DNA of 38,498 nt, from the sequence record SRR22947727_1191. The stretch is one strand, 5' to 3'. Under the pieces are notes generated by a model. The model searched no databases. It saw only the letters and a program-made list of their open reading frames with translations, and had not been told where the DNA came from. The translations under genes and the position numbers were made by a program. Below, one piece after another: positions 1 to 7,401 of this stretch. Each line of letters starts with the position of its first letter. Position 1 is the first letter of the stretch.

Positions 1-56
1 AGAGCAACAGCCTTCTAAGCTGTGGGTCGTGGGTTCGAATCCTACCGGAATCGCCA
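1..56 (+). tRNA. tRNA-Arg(UCU), 5'-truncated by window edge
   Basis: Anticodon stem ACAGC/GCTGT around loop CTTCTAA (anticodon TCT); T-arm GTGGG-TTCGAAT-CCTAC; encoded 3' CCA at 54-56. Confidence 0.92.
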
Positions 57-57
57 A

Positions 58-65
58 TATAAATA
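58..65 (+). promoter_or_regulatory. T4-type late promoter (gp55 -10 box TATAAATA)
   Basis: Exact TATAAATA just after the tRNA, in intergenic sequence. Confidence 0.7.
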
Positions 66-70
66 GTATA

Positions 71-158
71 GGTTGGTCGCTCAATAGACTCGTACAGATC
101 AACGGTTAGTCTGGCAACAAAAGGAGAACCGCATCCAGCATTTATAAGTTGGCTCTGC
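71..158 (+). ncRNA. Candidate structured small RNA or structured leader
   Basis: Starts at the predicted late TSS. Pairings: GGTT(71-74)/AACC(127-130), TAGACT(85-90)/AGTCTG(108-113), CCAGC(135-139)/GTTGG(148-152). No ORF. Confidence 0.3.
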
Positions 159-174
159 TTAATAAGGAAGCTGT

Positions 175-321
175 ATGTTAACTTGGTACGATTATCTTAT
201 GATTGCTATGCTTTCTTACGTTATTAGTCAAGGTATAATATACAGCTTCTTCTTTGCTTTTATTGGATGGGTAGCATTTGTAAATTACATGGCTTGGAGG
301 AGAGATAATGTCATACGATGA
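175..321 (+). CDS. Small hydrophobic membrane protein (48 aa), not in ORF track
   Basis: RBS AAGGA, ATG at 175; MLTWYDYLMIAMLSYVISQGIIYSFFFAFIGWVAFVNYMAWRRDNVIR; overlaps start of next gene. Confidence 0.6.
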   Translation: MLTWYDYLMIAMLSYVISQGIIYSFFFAFIGWVAFVNYMAWRRDNVIR

Positions 322-574
322 TGAATTCGATTTTGGTTTTACTGCAGTCGATGAAACAGAATTAAAAGCTGTACAAGAAGTATCGGCAAAGGCAGAAACT
401 CTTGGTGCAAATGCATTAAATACTCAAGAAAAATTAGACCGTCTCTACAATGCCGTGATTCCCCTTCTCAATAATCTGAAGAAAAACCCAGAGAAAGAGT
501 ATATTCTTTGGCCTAATCGGATTGAGAAGGTGGAACAATTTGAAGACAAGCTTCTCCAAATTTACAAATCATAA
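308..574 (+). CDS. Hypothetical phage protein
   Basis: RBS GGAGG/GAGA; 88 aa with FDFGF N-terminus and PEKEYILWPNR motif. Confidence 0.8.
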   Translation: MSYDDEFDFGFTAVDETELKAVQEVSAKAETLGANALNTQEKLDRLYNAVIPLLNNLKKNPEKEYILWPNRIEKVEQFEDKLLQIYKS

Positions 575-624
575 AAAAAAACGTAAGCCATTGTTTTAAA
601 ACAAAAAAATATTGCACTTTTTTG

Positions 625-653
625 TTTACATTTGCGCGTTTTTAGTATATAAT
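625..653 (+). promoter_or_regulatory. Early sigma70-type promoter
   Basis: (G)TTTACA-N17-TATAAT with upstream A-tracts (UP-like); GTTTAC resembles the T4 early -35. Confidence 0.8.
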
Positions 654-690
654 AGATCTATAAAATGGAAAAGGAAAGAGGAGCCTGATC

Positions 691-963
691 ATGTTTTTAA
701 AGAATCTTACAAAGTTAGAACAGAACCTTTGGAAGTCTCACGTTGAATTTATGGGCGTTGACAACGATATGGCTGAAATGTATGCTGAAGATCGCAATGA
801 TGTCATCGAAGTAAAATATCGCTTCAAAAAAGGTCATATGGGTTCACTTCGTCACTTCATCGATCGTATGGATACACATCCACGCGAAGGTGTAGTAATG
901 GCTTTTGCTGCTGATCTTGGTGAAGATTGGGTTCTTGAAAATCTTGGTTATGAGGTACGCTAA
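691..963 (+). CDS. Hypothetical early protein
   Basis: Strong RBS GAGGAG, downstream of early promoter, 90 aa. Confidence 0.8.
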   Translation: MFLKNLTKLEQNLWKSHVEFMGVDNDMAEMYAEDRNDVIEVKYRFKKGHMGSLRHFIDRMDTHPREGVVMAFAADLGEDWVLENLGYEVR

Positions 964-964
964 T

Positions 965-1165
965 ATGGGTATGTCAAGTTATGTTATGGATATTGAAGAA
1001 CAGTTCATTGATAAGTGTGCTGATATTGCAATTGATTCAGAATCATTCGAAGAATATGCTGAGAGAACAATTAAAGCTTTTGGCATGGTACCACATTTAA
1101 GTGGTCAAGAAATTTCTGATATTATCGAAGATGTTTGGTATGAAATGACGGTGCAGTTGAGGTAA
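965..1165 (+). CDS. Hypothetical acidic early protein (66 aa)
   Basis: Start moved to ATG 965 (MGMSSYVMD...), right after the previous stop, with RBS GAGG. Confidence 0.75.
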   Translation: MGMSSYVMDIEEQFIDKCADIAIDSESFEEYAERTIKAFGMVPHLSGQEISDIIEDVWYEMTVQLR

Positions 1166-1191
1166 AAAATGCAATTTAATGCATTTTATGG

Positions 1192-1220
1192 TGTACATTT
1201 GTTAAAAACTGTGGTAGAAT
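1192..1220 (+). promoter_or_regulatory. Early promoter (repeated motif)
   Basis: TGTACA-N17-TAGAAT with extended -10 (ACTGTGG); near-identical copies at 2505 and 3201. Confidence 0.85.
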
Positions 1221-1253
1221 ATATACAAGATTAAAAAAGCTGAGGAGCTAAGA

Positions 1254-1550
1254 ATGTCAAATATTGTTATTACTAAAAATTCTACATATGATGAGCGTAT
1301 GCAAGCTATTCGCGAGTCTGCTGAAAGATTTGCTAAAATCAAAGCACGTCGTGCTAGGTTGGCAGCATCAGCAGCTCGTGTTCGTAAATACGTTGATGAA
1401 GTAGATAAACCTGAGCGTAAAAAGTTCGATGATATGATTTCTAAGATGGATGAAAATCATAATCATTATCAGGATGCCCCTCAATATGCGGAGAAATACT
1501 ATGGCGAAAAGATGCGCGATACTGTTGCTATGGACAATGATTGGGACTAA
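1254..1550 (+). CDS. Hypothetical early protein
   Basis: RBS GAGGAG; 98 aa, charged and helical. Confidence 0.8.
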   Translation: MSNIVITKNSTYDERMQAIRESAERFAKIKARRARLAASAARVRKYVDEVDKPERKKFDDMISKMDENHNHYQDAPQYAEKYYGEKMRDTVAMDNDWD

Positions 1551-1752
1551 TGCATATGCTGAGTCCAGTTGTCATTATTATCGCCATGATGAAATTGAGA
1601 ACAGTCAGGTAATTCATTCTCGCACAGAATATACGTGCAAAAATGGTATACCAGAACCTGTACGACCGGTTAAGATAAGAGATGATTTCCAACCGGTCGG
1701 CGATGGATTTAATAAAATCATCTCAACATTATTTAGTTTGGGTTTACTATGA
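1501..1752 (+). CDS. Hypothetical secreted protein with signal peptide
   Basis: RBS GGAG before ATG 1501; MAKRCAILLLWTMIGTNAYA|ESSC fits a Sec signal peptide (AYA cleavage site); two Cys in the mature part. Confidence 0.65.
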   Translation: MAKRCAILLLWTMIGTNAYAESSCHYYRHDEIENSQVIHSRTEYTCKNGIPEPVRPVKIRDDFQPVGDGFNKIISTLFSLGLL

Positions 1753-1874
1753 TTAGATTTATATTAGGAGTGATGGCAGGTATTGCTATCGTAATCTATC
1801 AGCCAGAAATTATGACTTGGTTCATCGATTCTGGAATGCGTGATGATATTGTTACAAAATTAAATGGAGTATAA
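1749..1874 (+). CDS. Small single-TM membrane protein (41 aa), not in ORF track
   Basis: ATGA overlap with previous stop; MIRFILGVMAGIAIVIYQPEIMTWFIDSGMRDDIVTKLNGV. Confidence 0.65.
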   Translation: MIRFILGVMAGIAIVIYQPEIMTWFIDSGMRDDIVTKLNGV

Positions 1875-1875
1875 A

Positions 1876-2535
1876 ATGAAACGATTAGCTTTGATCCCTT
1901 TTGCTGTGTTGGTTGCAGCATGTGATAAGACACCGCCAGAAATCTCGATGTCTAAACAACTGTTTGAATATAAATCTGCACAAGTTGAAAATCAAATTGA
2001 CACTATGCCTGGCTGGTATACTGATATTCCATCAGAAGAAGATGCAGTCTATGCAGTTGGTACCGCAGTAACTCCAGATTTGCAGCTAGCAGTAGACATT
2101 GCAGTACTATCTGCTAAGACCACTCTCGCCGATCGAGTAGACAGCAGGATACGGTCCCAAATGAAACTGTTTAAGTCTAAAGTTGGTGCAACTGATTTTG
2201 ATGCTACCGTTCAAAATAACTTTGAACAAGTAACTCGTAACTTAATTGCTGATGCTGATGTTGCCGGTTACTCCGTCAAAGAACAGCAGATCGTTCAGAA
2301 TGGTACGCAGTATCGTGCCTATGTTCTACTCGAGTATAAGAATGCTACAGCTAACGCTGTGATTAAAACTCGTATTAGCAAAAACCAGTACTTACTTGAA
2401 AAGCTTCGTGAAACAAAAGCGTTTAAAGAGCTTGACGATAATGTAGCTGCACAAAAAGCAGATGAACTTGCTGAAGCAAAAACGCTTGTAGACGCAATTA
2501 ATGGTGTACAATCGGATAAAACTGTGGTAGAATAA
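1876..2535 (+). CDS. Lipoprotein, LPP20-like
   Basis: MKRLALIPFAVLVAAC is a type II signal peptide with lipobox; the PGWY...VYAVG...A..SA...LA pattern is typical of the LPP20 family; RBS GGAG. Confidence 0.75.
   Translation: MKRLALIPFAVLVAACDKTPPEISMSKQLFEYKSAQVENQIDTMPGWYTDIPSEEDAVYAVGTAVTPDLQLAVDIAVLSAKTTLADRVDSRIRSQMKLFKSKVGATDFDATVQNNFEQVTRNLIADADVAGYSVKEQQIVQNGTQYRAYVLLEYKNATANAVIKTRISKNQYLLEKLRETKAFKELDDNVAAQKADELAEAKTLVDAINGVQSDKTVVE
2505..2533 (+). promoter_or_regulatory. Early promoter embedded in 3' end of lipoprotein gene
   Basis: TGTACA-N17-TAGAAT, same AAAACTGTGGTAGAATA core. Confidence 0.8.
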
Positions 2536-2539
2536 GAAA

Positions 2540-2710
2540 ATGGAAAATTTGTCTAGTGATCGTATGATGGCAGTCCGCGTATTCGAAGGTGAGCTCGAGC
2601 GTATGAAATCAATTACTGATAGTAATTACGATGCCACTCAAAAAATCATTAGGCAATACCTCCAAGAACGAATTAATGATATGACTCGGAAGGGACACAA
2701 TCGAAGATGA
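2540..2710 (+). CDS. Hypothetical protein (56 aa), probably leaderless; not in ORF track
   Basis: MENLSSDRMMAVRVFEGELERMKS...KGHNRR; stop overlaps the next ATG (ATGA). Confidence 0.65.
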   Translation: MENLSSDRMMAVRVFEGELERMKSITDSNYDATQKIIRQYLQERINDMTRKGHNRR

Positions 2711-3054
2711 CTATGCACCTTGTTCGTGGTATGACGAGCCTTAACAGCCGTAAACGTAAGGCTCGTAAGAAGTCGGCAGCTGTACTTGCAGCCGAAGCAG
2801 AAACCAAAAAGCTGCTTCAAAAACTCGGCTATAGCTCCTCAGCTAAGTGGCGCGGTGAGCTGCCGACTTATACTGTCTCAGAAACAGTACCAACAAGTGA
2901 CAAAATCATGCCTATTGCCGGCAAACGTAAAGCTGCTATGCAATACACTGGCGACGAACTACTTGGTATTGGCGTACTGCATAAATCTAACAGTGTACCT
3001 GTTCGTAAGGACAGCAATGATGCCACAGAGATCGCCAGAATGAGGAGGGGATAA
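2707..3054 (+). CDS. Basic hypothetical phage protein
   Basis: 115 aa, Lys/Arg-rich N-terminus, YTG..L.GIG.LHKSN.VPV motif. Confidence 0.8.
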   Translation: MTMHLVRGMTSLNSRKRKARKKSAAVLAAEAETKKLLQKLGYSSSAKWRGELPTYTVSETVPTSDKIMPIAGKRKAAMQYTGDELLGIGVLHKSNSVPVRKDSNDATEIARMRRG

Positions 3055-3135
3055 TCTATACATCACATGATCATGAATGCACACCAGAAGGTGTTTCAGA
3101 AAAAAAGCCATTTCAAAAAGGCTATCGTGTACACA

Positions 3136-3149
3136 CTCGCGCGCGCGAG
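3136..3149. repeat. Perfect 14-bp palindrome CTCGCGCGCGCGAG (hairpin, possible terminator)
   Basis: Self-complementary, contains (CG)5, intergenic, followed by T-rich sequence. Confidence 0.7.
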
Positions 3150-3200
3150 CGTAACTTTCATTTCAATGCAAAATTAAATGCATTAAATAGCGTTTTATGG

Positions 3201-3229
3201 TGTACATTTGCTGAAAACTGTGGTAGAAT
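3201..3229 (+). promoter_or_regulatory. Early promoter (repeated motif)
   Basis: TGTACA-N17-TAGAAT; flanks closely match the 1192 copy. Confidence 0.85.
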
Positions 3230-3259
3230 AGATCTAGAATTAAAAAAGAGGAGCAAATC

Positions 3260-4384
3260 ATGGCTGTGAGTAAACGTAAAACTAAAAGTAAAGCCCGAGC
3301 TCGTACTGGCTTAGCTGGTGCACCTATTGACAAGGGCTTCGATGCTGTTAAATATTACTTTCACATAGAAATTGATCGCAAAGATCTTATTAGCACGCTT
3401 AAGTCTTATGTAAAAGCAAATGTTGATCAAAAAAATCAAAAGTTTGTATTTGCAAATCCTGACTATAAGTTCTACTTCTTGACTCACTATTGTGCTACTG
3501 CTTTTTGGATCAGCACTGGACTTAAGCTAGATGAAAAATCTAGTAAGTATGCTGAAGGTCTATATAAGTATGTGATGGATCTTGTCGAGTCAGGCAAAAG
3601 CATCTATTTTGAAAAGCAAGCTAAGTTGAAAGATTCTGCTAGCGTAGTATCTCTTTCACCAATGCAACGTCTGCAAAAGAAGATTAGTAATACCATTATG
3701 CAAGATCTTCTTGATCTTGAAGATAAATGGATGGATGGCGAAAAAGCAGAGATTGACATCTATCAAGAATTTAAAAGACATGGATTACCTGCATCGGCTG
3801 CAAAGCCTGTGCGGGAAGTAATTGAAGGCTGGTTGCTTGATTATGAGGATGCATATCACAAACGCTGCAATGACGCAGTCGAAGGATATGCCCATTTGAA
3901 AAGACCAGAACTCAATCGGAGAGTGAAAGCTTGCAAAGAAATGCTAGCTGACCTAGATCGTCTCCGTTCTGCTGCTAAAGCAACTCGTGCAACGCGAGTT
4001 AAGCAACCAAAGGCAGCAGATAAACAGGTAGCTCGAGTCCAGTACAAAAAAGAAGATACTGAATTTAAGCTTGTATCGATACCACCGATCAAATTGGTCG
4101 GTGGTACTCGACTCTTCGTATTTAACACGAAAACTCGTGCGATTACGGAGTACTTAACACAAGATGTCAAGGGATTTGAAATATCTGGTACATCTATCAA
4201 GAACTTTGATAAAGTCAATAGTAAAACTACAAGGTTAAGAAAACCAAATGAATTTCTACCTATAGTTCAAAGTAAAACTCCAAATCAAATTGCTAATGCA
4301 TGGAGTGGCTTGACTACTAAAACCACAGTGCCTAATGGCAGACTTAACAAAGACACAATCTTACTAAGGGTATTAGATAAATGA
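3260..4384 (+). CDS. Basic hypothetical protein upstream of gp33
   Basis: 374 aa, RBS GAGGAG, overlaps gp33 start; no function recognised. Confidence 0.85.
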   Translation: MAVSKRKTKSKARARTGLAGAPIDKGFDAVKYYFHIEIDRKDLISTLKSYVKANVDQKNQKFVFANPDYKFYFLTHYCATAFWISTGLKLDEKSSKYAEGLYKYVMDLVESGKSIYFEKQAKLKDSASVVSLSPMQRLQKKISNTIMQDLLDLEDKWMDGEKAEIDIYQEFKRHGLPASAAKPVREVIEGWLLDYEDAYHKRCNDAVEGYAHLKRPELNRRVKACKEMLADLDRLRSAAKATRATRVKQPKAADKQVARVQYKKEDTEFKLVSIPPIKLVGGTRLFVFNTKTRAITEYLTQDVKGFEISGTSIKNFDKVNSKTTRLRKPNEFLPIVQSKTPNQIANAWSGLTTKTTVPNGRLNKDTILLRVLDK

Positions 4385-4623
4385 CCGTTGAGTCTAACTT
4401 TAATAATAAGAAGAAATTTTCAAAGCTAGTTGAAGATACAGTTCTAGCTATGAACATTTCATATATGGAAGCAATCATTCATATATGCGATGAGAACGAT
4501 GTAGAATATGAAGACACTCGAAAGTTTATTTCTCAAGCAGTAAAAGATAAGCTTGAGGCAGAAGCAATGAATCTTAATTTTCTACCAAAAACTAATTCAT
4601 TGGACTCTGCATTTTTTGAGTAA
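4381..4623 (+). CDS. gp33: Late-transcription coactivator gp33
   Basis: SYMEAIIHICDENDVEYE...I...VKDKLEAEAMNLNFL matches the gp33 pattern; lies upstream of gp32. Confidence 0.85.
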   Translation: MTVESNFNNKKKFSKLVEDTVLAMNISYMEAIIHICDENDVEYEDTRKFISQAVKDKLEAEAMNLNFLPKTNSLDSAFFE

Positions 4624-4639
4624 GATGAATATATATAAT

Positions 4640-4668
4640 TTTACATTACAGTCATACTGTGTTATAAT
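4640..4668 (+). promoter_or_regulatory. sigma70-type promoter for gene 32
   Basis: TTTACA-N17-TATAAT with ACTGTG extended -10. Confidence 0.75.
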
Positions 4669-4706
4669 AAACATACAAACATACATTGCAATATAAGGAA
4701 AATACA

Positions 4707-5618
4707 ATGTCATTTGAAGCACTTAAGCGCCAACGCGGCGCAGATATTTCTAAACTCGTTCAAGCAGCAGAGGCCGTAGGAGCCGCTGGTGGTGAAAAGA
4801 AAAATTATGATGATGAACGCGTTTGGAAACCAACCGTAGACAAAGCAGGGAATGGATATGCCGTCCTTAGATTCCTACCAGCAGGTGAAGGATCAGACTT
4901 ACCGTGGGTCAGATATTGGGACCACGGATTCAAAGGACCAACCGGTCTTTGGTATATCGAGAACAGCCTTACATCTATTGGTCAACCTGATCCAGTTGGT
5001 GAACTCAACTCACGACTCTGGAATTCAGGACACGAAGAAGATAAAGAAACTGCACGAAAACAAAAGCGCCGACTCCACTATGTAGTCAATGCTCTTGTTG
5101 TAGAAGATCCATCTGCACCTCAAAATGAAGGTCGTGTAGTACTCTACAAATTCGGTAAGAAGATCTTTGATAAAATCATGGATGTTATGCAACCATCTTT
5201 TGCAGATGAAAAAGCAATTAATCCATTTGATTTCTGGGAAGGTGCAAACTTTAAGTTAAAGATTCGTCAAGTTGAAGGTTATCGCAACTATGATAAGTCT
5301 GAGTTTGCAAGTGGAACTGCTCTTTATGAGTCAGATGAATCAAAGCTAGAAAGTGTGTATAACCAACTGCACTCGTTAAGCGAGTTCACTGATCCTAAAA
5401 ACTATAAGACCTATGATGAGTTAAAAACTAAGCTAGCTCGAGTTCTAGGTGAAGAAGTTTCTATGGGTGCACCAACTATGAAACAAGAAATGCAAATGAA
5501 TGCTCCGGCTCCTCAGCCTGAATATTCAGTTGCAGAACCAATGACTGCCGCGGCAGTCAATATGGATAATGATGAAGATACTATGTCTTATTTCGCTAAG
5601 TTAGCAAACGAAGACTAA
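4707..5618 (+). CDS. gp32: Single-stranded DNA-binding protein gp32
   Basis: DERVWKP.VDKAGNGYAVLRFLP, YKFGKKIFDKI, NPFDFWEGANFKLK, NYDKSEF; acidic C-tail ending SYFAKLANED; ATG 4707 with RBS AAGGA. Confidence 0.97.
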   Translation: MSFEALKRQRGADISKLVQAAEAVGAAGGEKKNYDDERVWKPTVDKAGNGYAVLRFLPAGEGSDLPWVRYWDHGFKGPTGLWYIENSLTSIGQPDPVGELNSRLWNSGHEEDKETARKQKRRLHYVVNALVVEDPSAPQNEGRVVLYKFGKKIFDKIMDVMQPSFADEKAINPFDFWEGANFKLKIRQVEGYRNYDKSEFASGTALYESDESKLESVYNQLHSLSEFTDPKNYKTYDELKTKLARVLGEEVSMGAPTMKQEMQMNAPAPQPEYSVAEPMTAAAVNMDNDEDTMSYFAKLANED

Positions 5619-7228
5619 AGTATCATTGGTTCAGGATCAATTGTGTTAAGACTAGGACTACCTGCATAAGCAGAAGCATTAGTAGTTCTTACACTTTTAT
5701 CACTAGCATCCGTAACAGTAACAGGGGCCCCTCCGCCAGAAGCAGAGGTGGCCCCTGCTTTTAGATTATTTGCAATATCTTGATTTATTTTTTCAAGATC
5801 AGTCCCGATTGTACGTACAAATTCAAGCAGTGGCATATTCATTTGATCAGCTCTTGCTTTAAGACCTTCGTAATTATCTTTCAATCGGCTGCGCAACATT
5901 TTTTCTTGACGGTCTTCACTATACATTCTCAGATCATTGAAGTTCTGTTTGCCATACTTTACAGTCTCTGCTCTTTTAGCTAAAAATTCAGAGATTTTTT
6001 CTGATGTAGCAGCTGCTACTTTTTTTGCCGTATCTTCCATATCATTAGAGTCGAATTCACTCGACGATTCGTCAGGCATAAATGGTATTGGACCACGTTC
6101 TTTTCGATTTTCCGCGGCCATAAAGTTTTGACGGAATTTTCTAAGCTCGTCTAATTCAGTCTTTAGCACCTTCAGCCTTTGCATTTCATCGTCGCTAAAG
6201 TTTTCTCTATCAGTTAAAGCTTTTTTAGCTAATACATTTACTTCACTCTGTACTGCATCTTCCCGTGCTGCTTGTTCTGGATTTGCTGTTCTATATGCAG
6301 CCATTTCGTCACTAGTAGTAATAAGAGGGTCGAATATTTTATCTAAATAACTTTGAGATTGTTCAATTATATCTTTTAAGCTTTTTGATATTCTTTCTCC
6401 TAAGAGATCTACTTCTCTTTTAAATTCTGAATCATTTTTATATTTCTCAAGAAGTCTGGATGTTTCTAATCCTGTAGCTCCAAGAAAACCAATAATAGCT
6501 CCTGCAGGTCCACCTACAAGAAAGCCACCAGCTGTTGCAGCACCAATATTCAATCCACTTCTTACTGTTTCACCGGCTAGTTCATTTATGTCTTCATTAT
6601 CAATTGATTCTTTTACTTTCTTTCCTACTTCTTCGCTGTATCGATTTACTGCTCCTATAAATGCACCAGCAATCATACCCTTTGGACCAAAAAGAGAACC
6701 TAATCCAGCGCCAGTCATAGCATAACCAGACACATCTCCGGCTAATTTAGATCCTGTATATGTTTCAACTTGAGTTGCTACCTCATCAGCAAGAGTAATG
6801 AGAAGACCACCTATAAGTCCTCTTTTTAAAAGGCCACCGATACCTGGTCTCTTTGATTTTACGTTTGCATTTCCAGTAAATAAATTTTTAAGTACATTTA
6901 AGCCGAGCAAACCTCCTATTCCAGCCAAAGCAGATTTGCCCATATCACCTATTTCTTTAATGCCTAAGAAATCAAGTAAATTACCAAATAGGCCAGTTTC
7001 TTTTTGTACAGTAACAGGAGCATCTGCTTTAACAGCAGTCACTACGTTACTTCGTTCTTCTCGTTGTTTTTCTAAGTCATCAAGTTTCGGTTTTGCAAAA
7101 CCGACGAGTTTACGAATTCCAACCGAAGTTTCTTCTTGTAATTCTACAAGTTTATCTTGTTTAGAATCACTCTCTTCGAGTTTATCTCTTACGTCAGATA
7201 ATGTTGTTGGTCTACCTTTTACTGCCAT
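5615..7228 (-). CDS. Probable tail tape-measure / hub protein (gp29-like position)
   Basis: 537 aa, helical, with Gly/Ala-rich hydrophobic repeats (GAGLGSLFGP.G.IAGAFIG; GFLVGGPAGAIIG); follows the gp26/gp51-like genes. Confidence 0.6.
   Translation of the reverse strand: MAVKGRPTTLSDVRDKLEESDSKQDKLVELQEETSVGIRKLVGFAKPKLDDLEKQREERSNVVTAVKADAPVTVQKETGLFGNLLDFLGIKEIGDMGKSALAGIGGLLGLNVLKNLFTGNANVKSKRPGIGGLLKRGLIGGLLITLADEVATQVETYTGSKLAGDVSGYAMTGAGLGSLFGPKGMIAGAFIGAVNRYSEEVGKKVKESIDNEDINELAGETVRSGLNIGAATAGGFLVGGPAGAIIGFLGATGLETSRLLEKYKNDSEFKREVDLLGERISKSLKDIIEQSQSYLDKIFDPLITTSDEMAAYRTANPEQAAREDAVQSEVNVLAKKALTDRENFSDDEMQRLKVLKTELDELRKFRQNFMAAENRKERGPIPFMPDESSSEFDSNDMEDTAKKVAAATSEKISEFLAKRAETVKYGKQNFNDLRMYSEDRQEKMLRSRLKDNYEGLKARADQMNMPLLEFVRTIGTDLEKINQDIANNLKAGATSASGGGAPVTVTDASDKSVRTTNASAYAGSPSLNTIDPEPMIL
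5722..5763 (+). terminator. Intrinsic terminator-like hairpin after gene 32, inside the antisense CDS
   Basis: CAGGGGCC-CCTC...GAGG(T)GGCCCCTG stem followed by CTTTT. Confidence 0.6.
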
Positions 7229-7401
7229 TTGTTTCTAGCCTCAGCTTTTTCTTTTATATCTTCAAGTAACATAAAGATGTAAATTTCTCTCTCCCACGGC
7301 ATCATATAATCTATATCACTTAGAGAATAACTATAATTTTGCATCAATTGAAAATTAGTTTTATAATAATTCTCTAGGCTATCATGCGAGAGATTTAGGA
7401 A
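7219..7401 (-). CDS. gp51-like tail/baseplate assembly ORF, likely the -1 frameshift extension of the gp26-like gene
   Basis: Hand translation: FLNLSHDSLENYYKTNFQLMQNYSYSLSDIDYMMPWEREIYIFMLLEDIKEKAEARNKWQ*. First ATG is at 7344, inside the conserved motif. Not in ORF track. Confidence 0.75.
   Translation of the reverse strand, partial: FLNLSHDSLENYYKTNFQLMQNYSYSLSDIDYMMPWEREIYIFMLLEDIKEKAEARNKWQ

Noticed and set aside
905-964. Upstream start extensions in the ORF track (905, 1450, 1864, 4686, 11126, 37614)
   Set aside because: Downstream ATGs have better RBS or coupling and avoid long overlaps.
1160-3260. Repeated 30-40 bp motif as a CRISPR array or mobile-element ends
   Set aside because: Copies are kilobases apart, sit before genes and fit -35/-10 geometry; there are no cas or transposase genes.
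6798-7238. 146-aa plus-strand ORF and other antisense ORFs over long genes (e.g. 3856-4218, 7915-8310, 14221-14775, 24039-24395)
   Set aside because: They are shadows of well-supported genes on the opposite strand, with no RBS or recognisable motifs.
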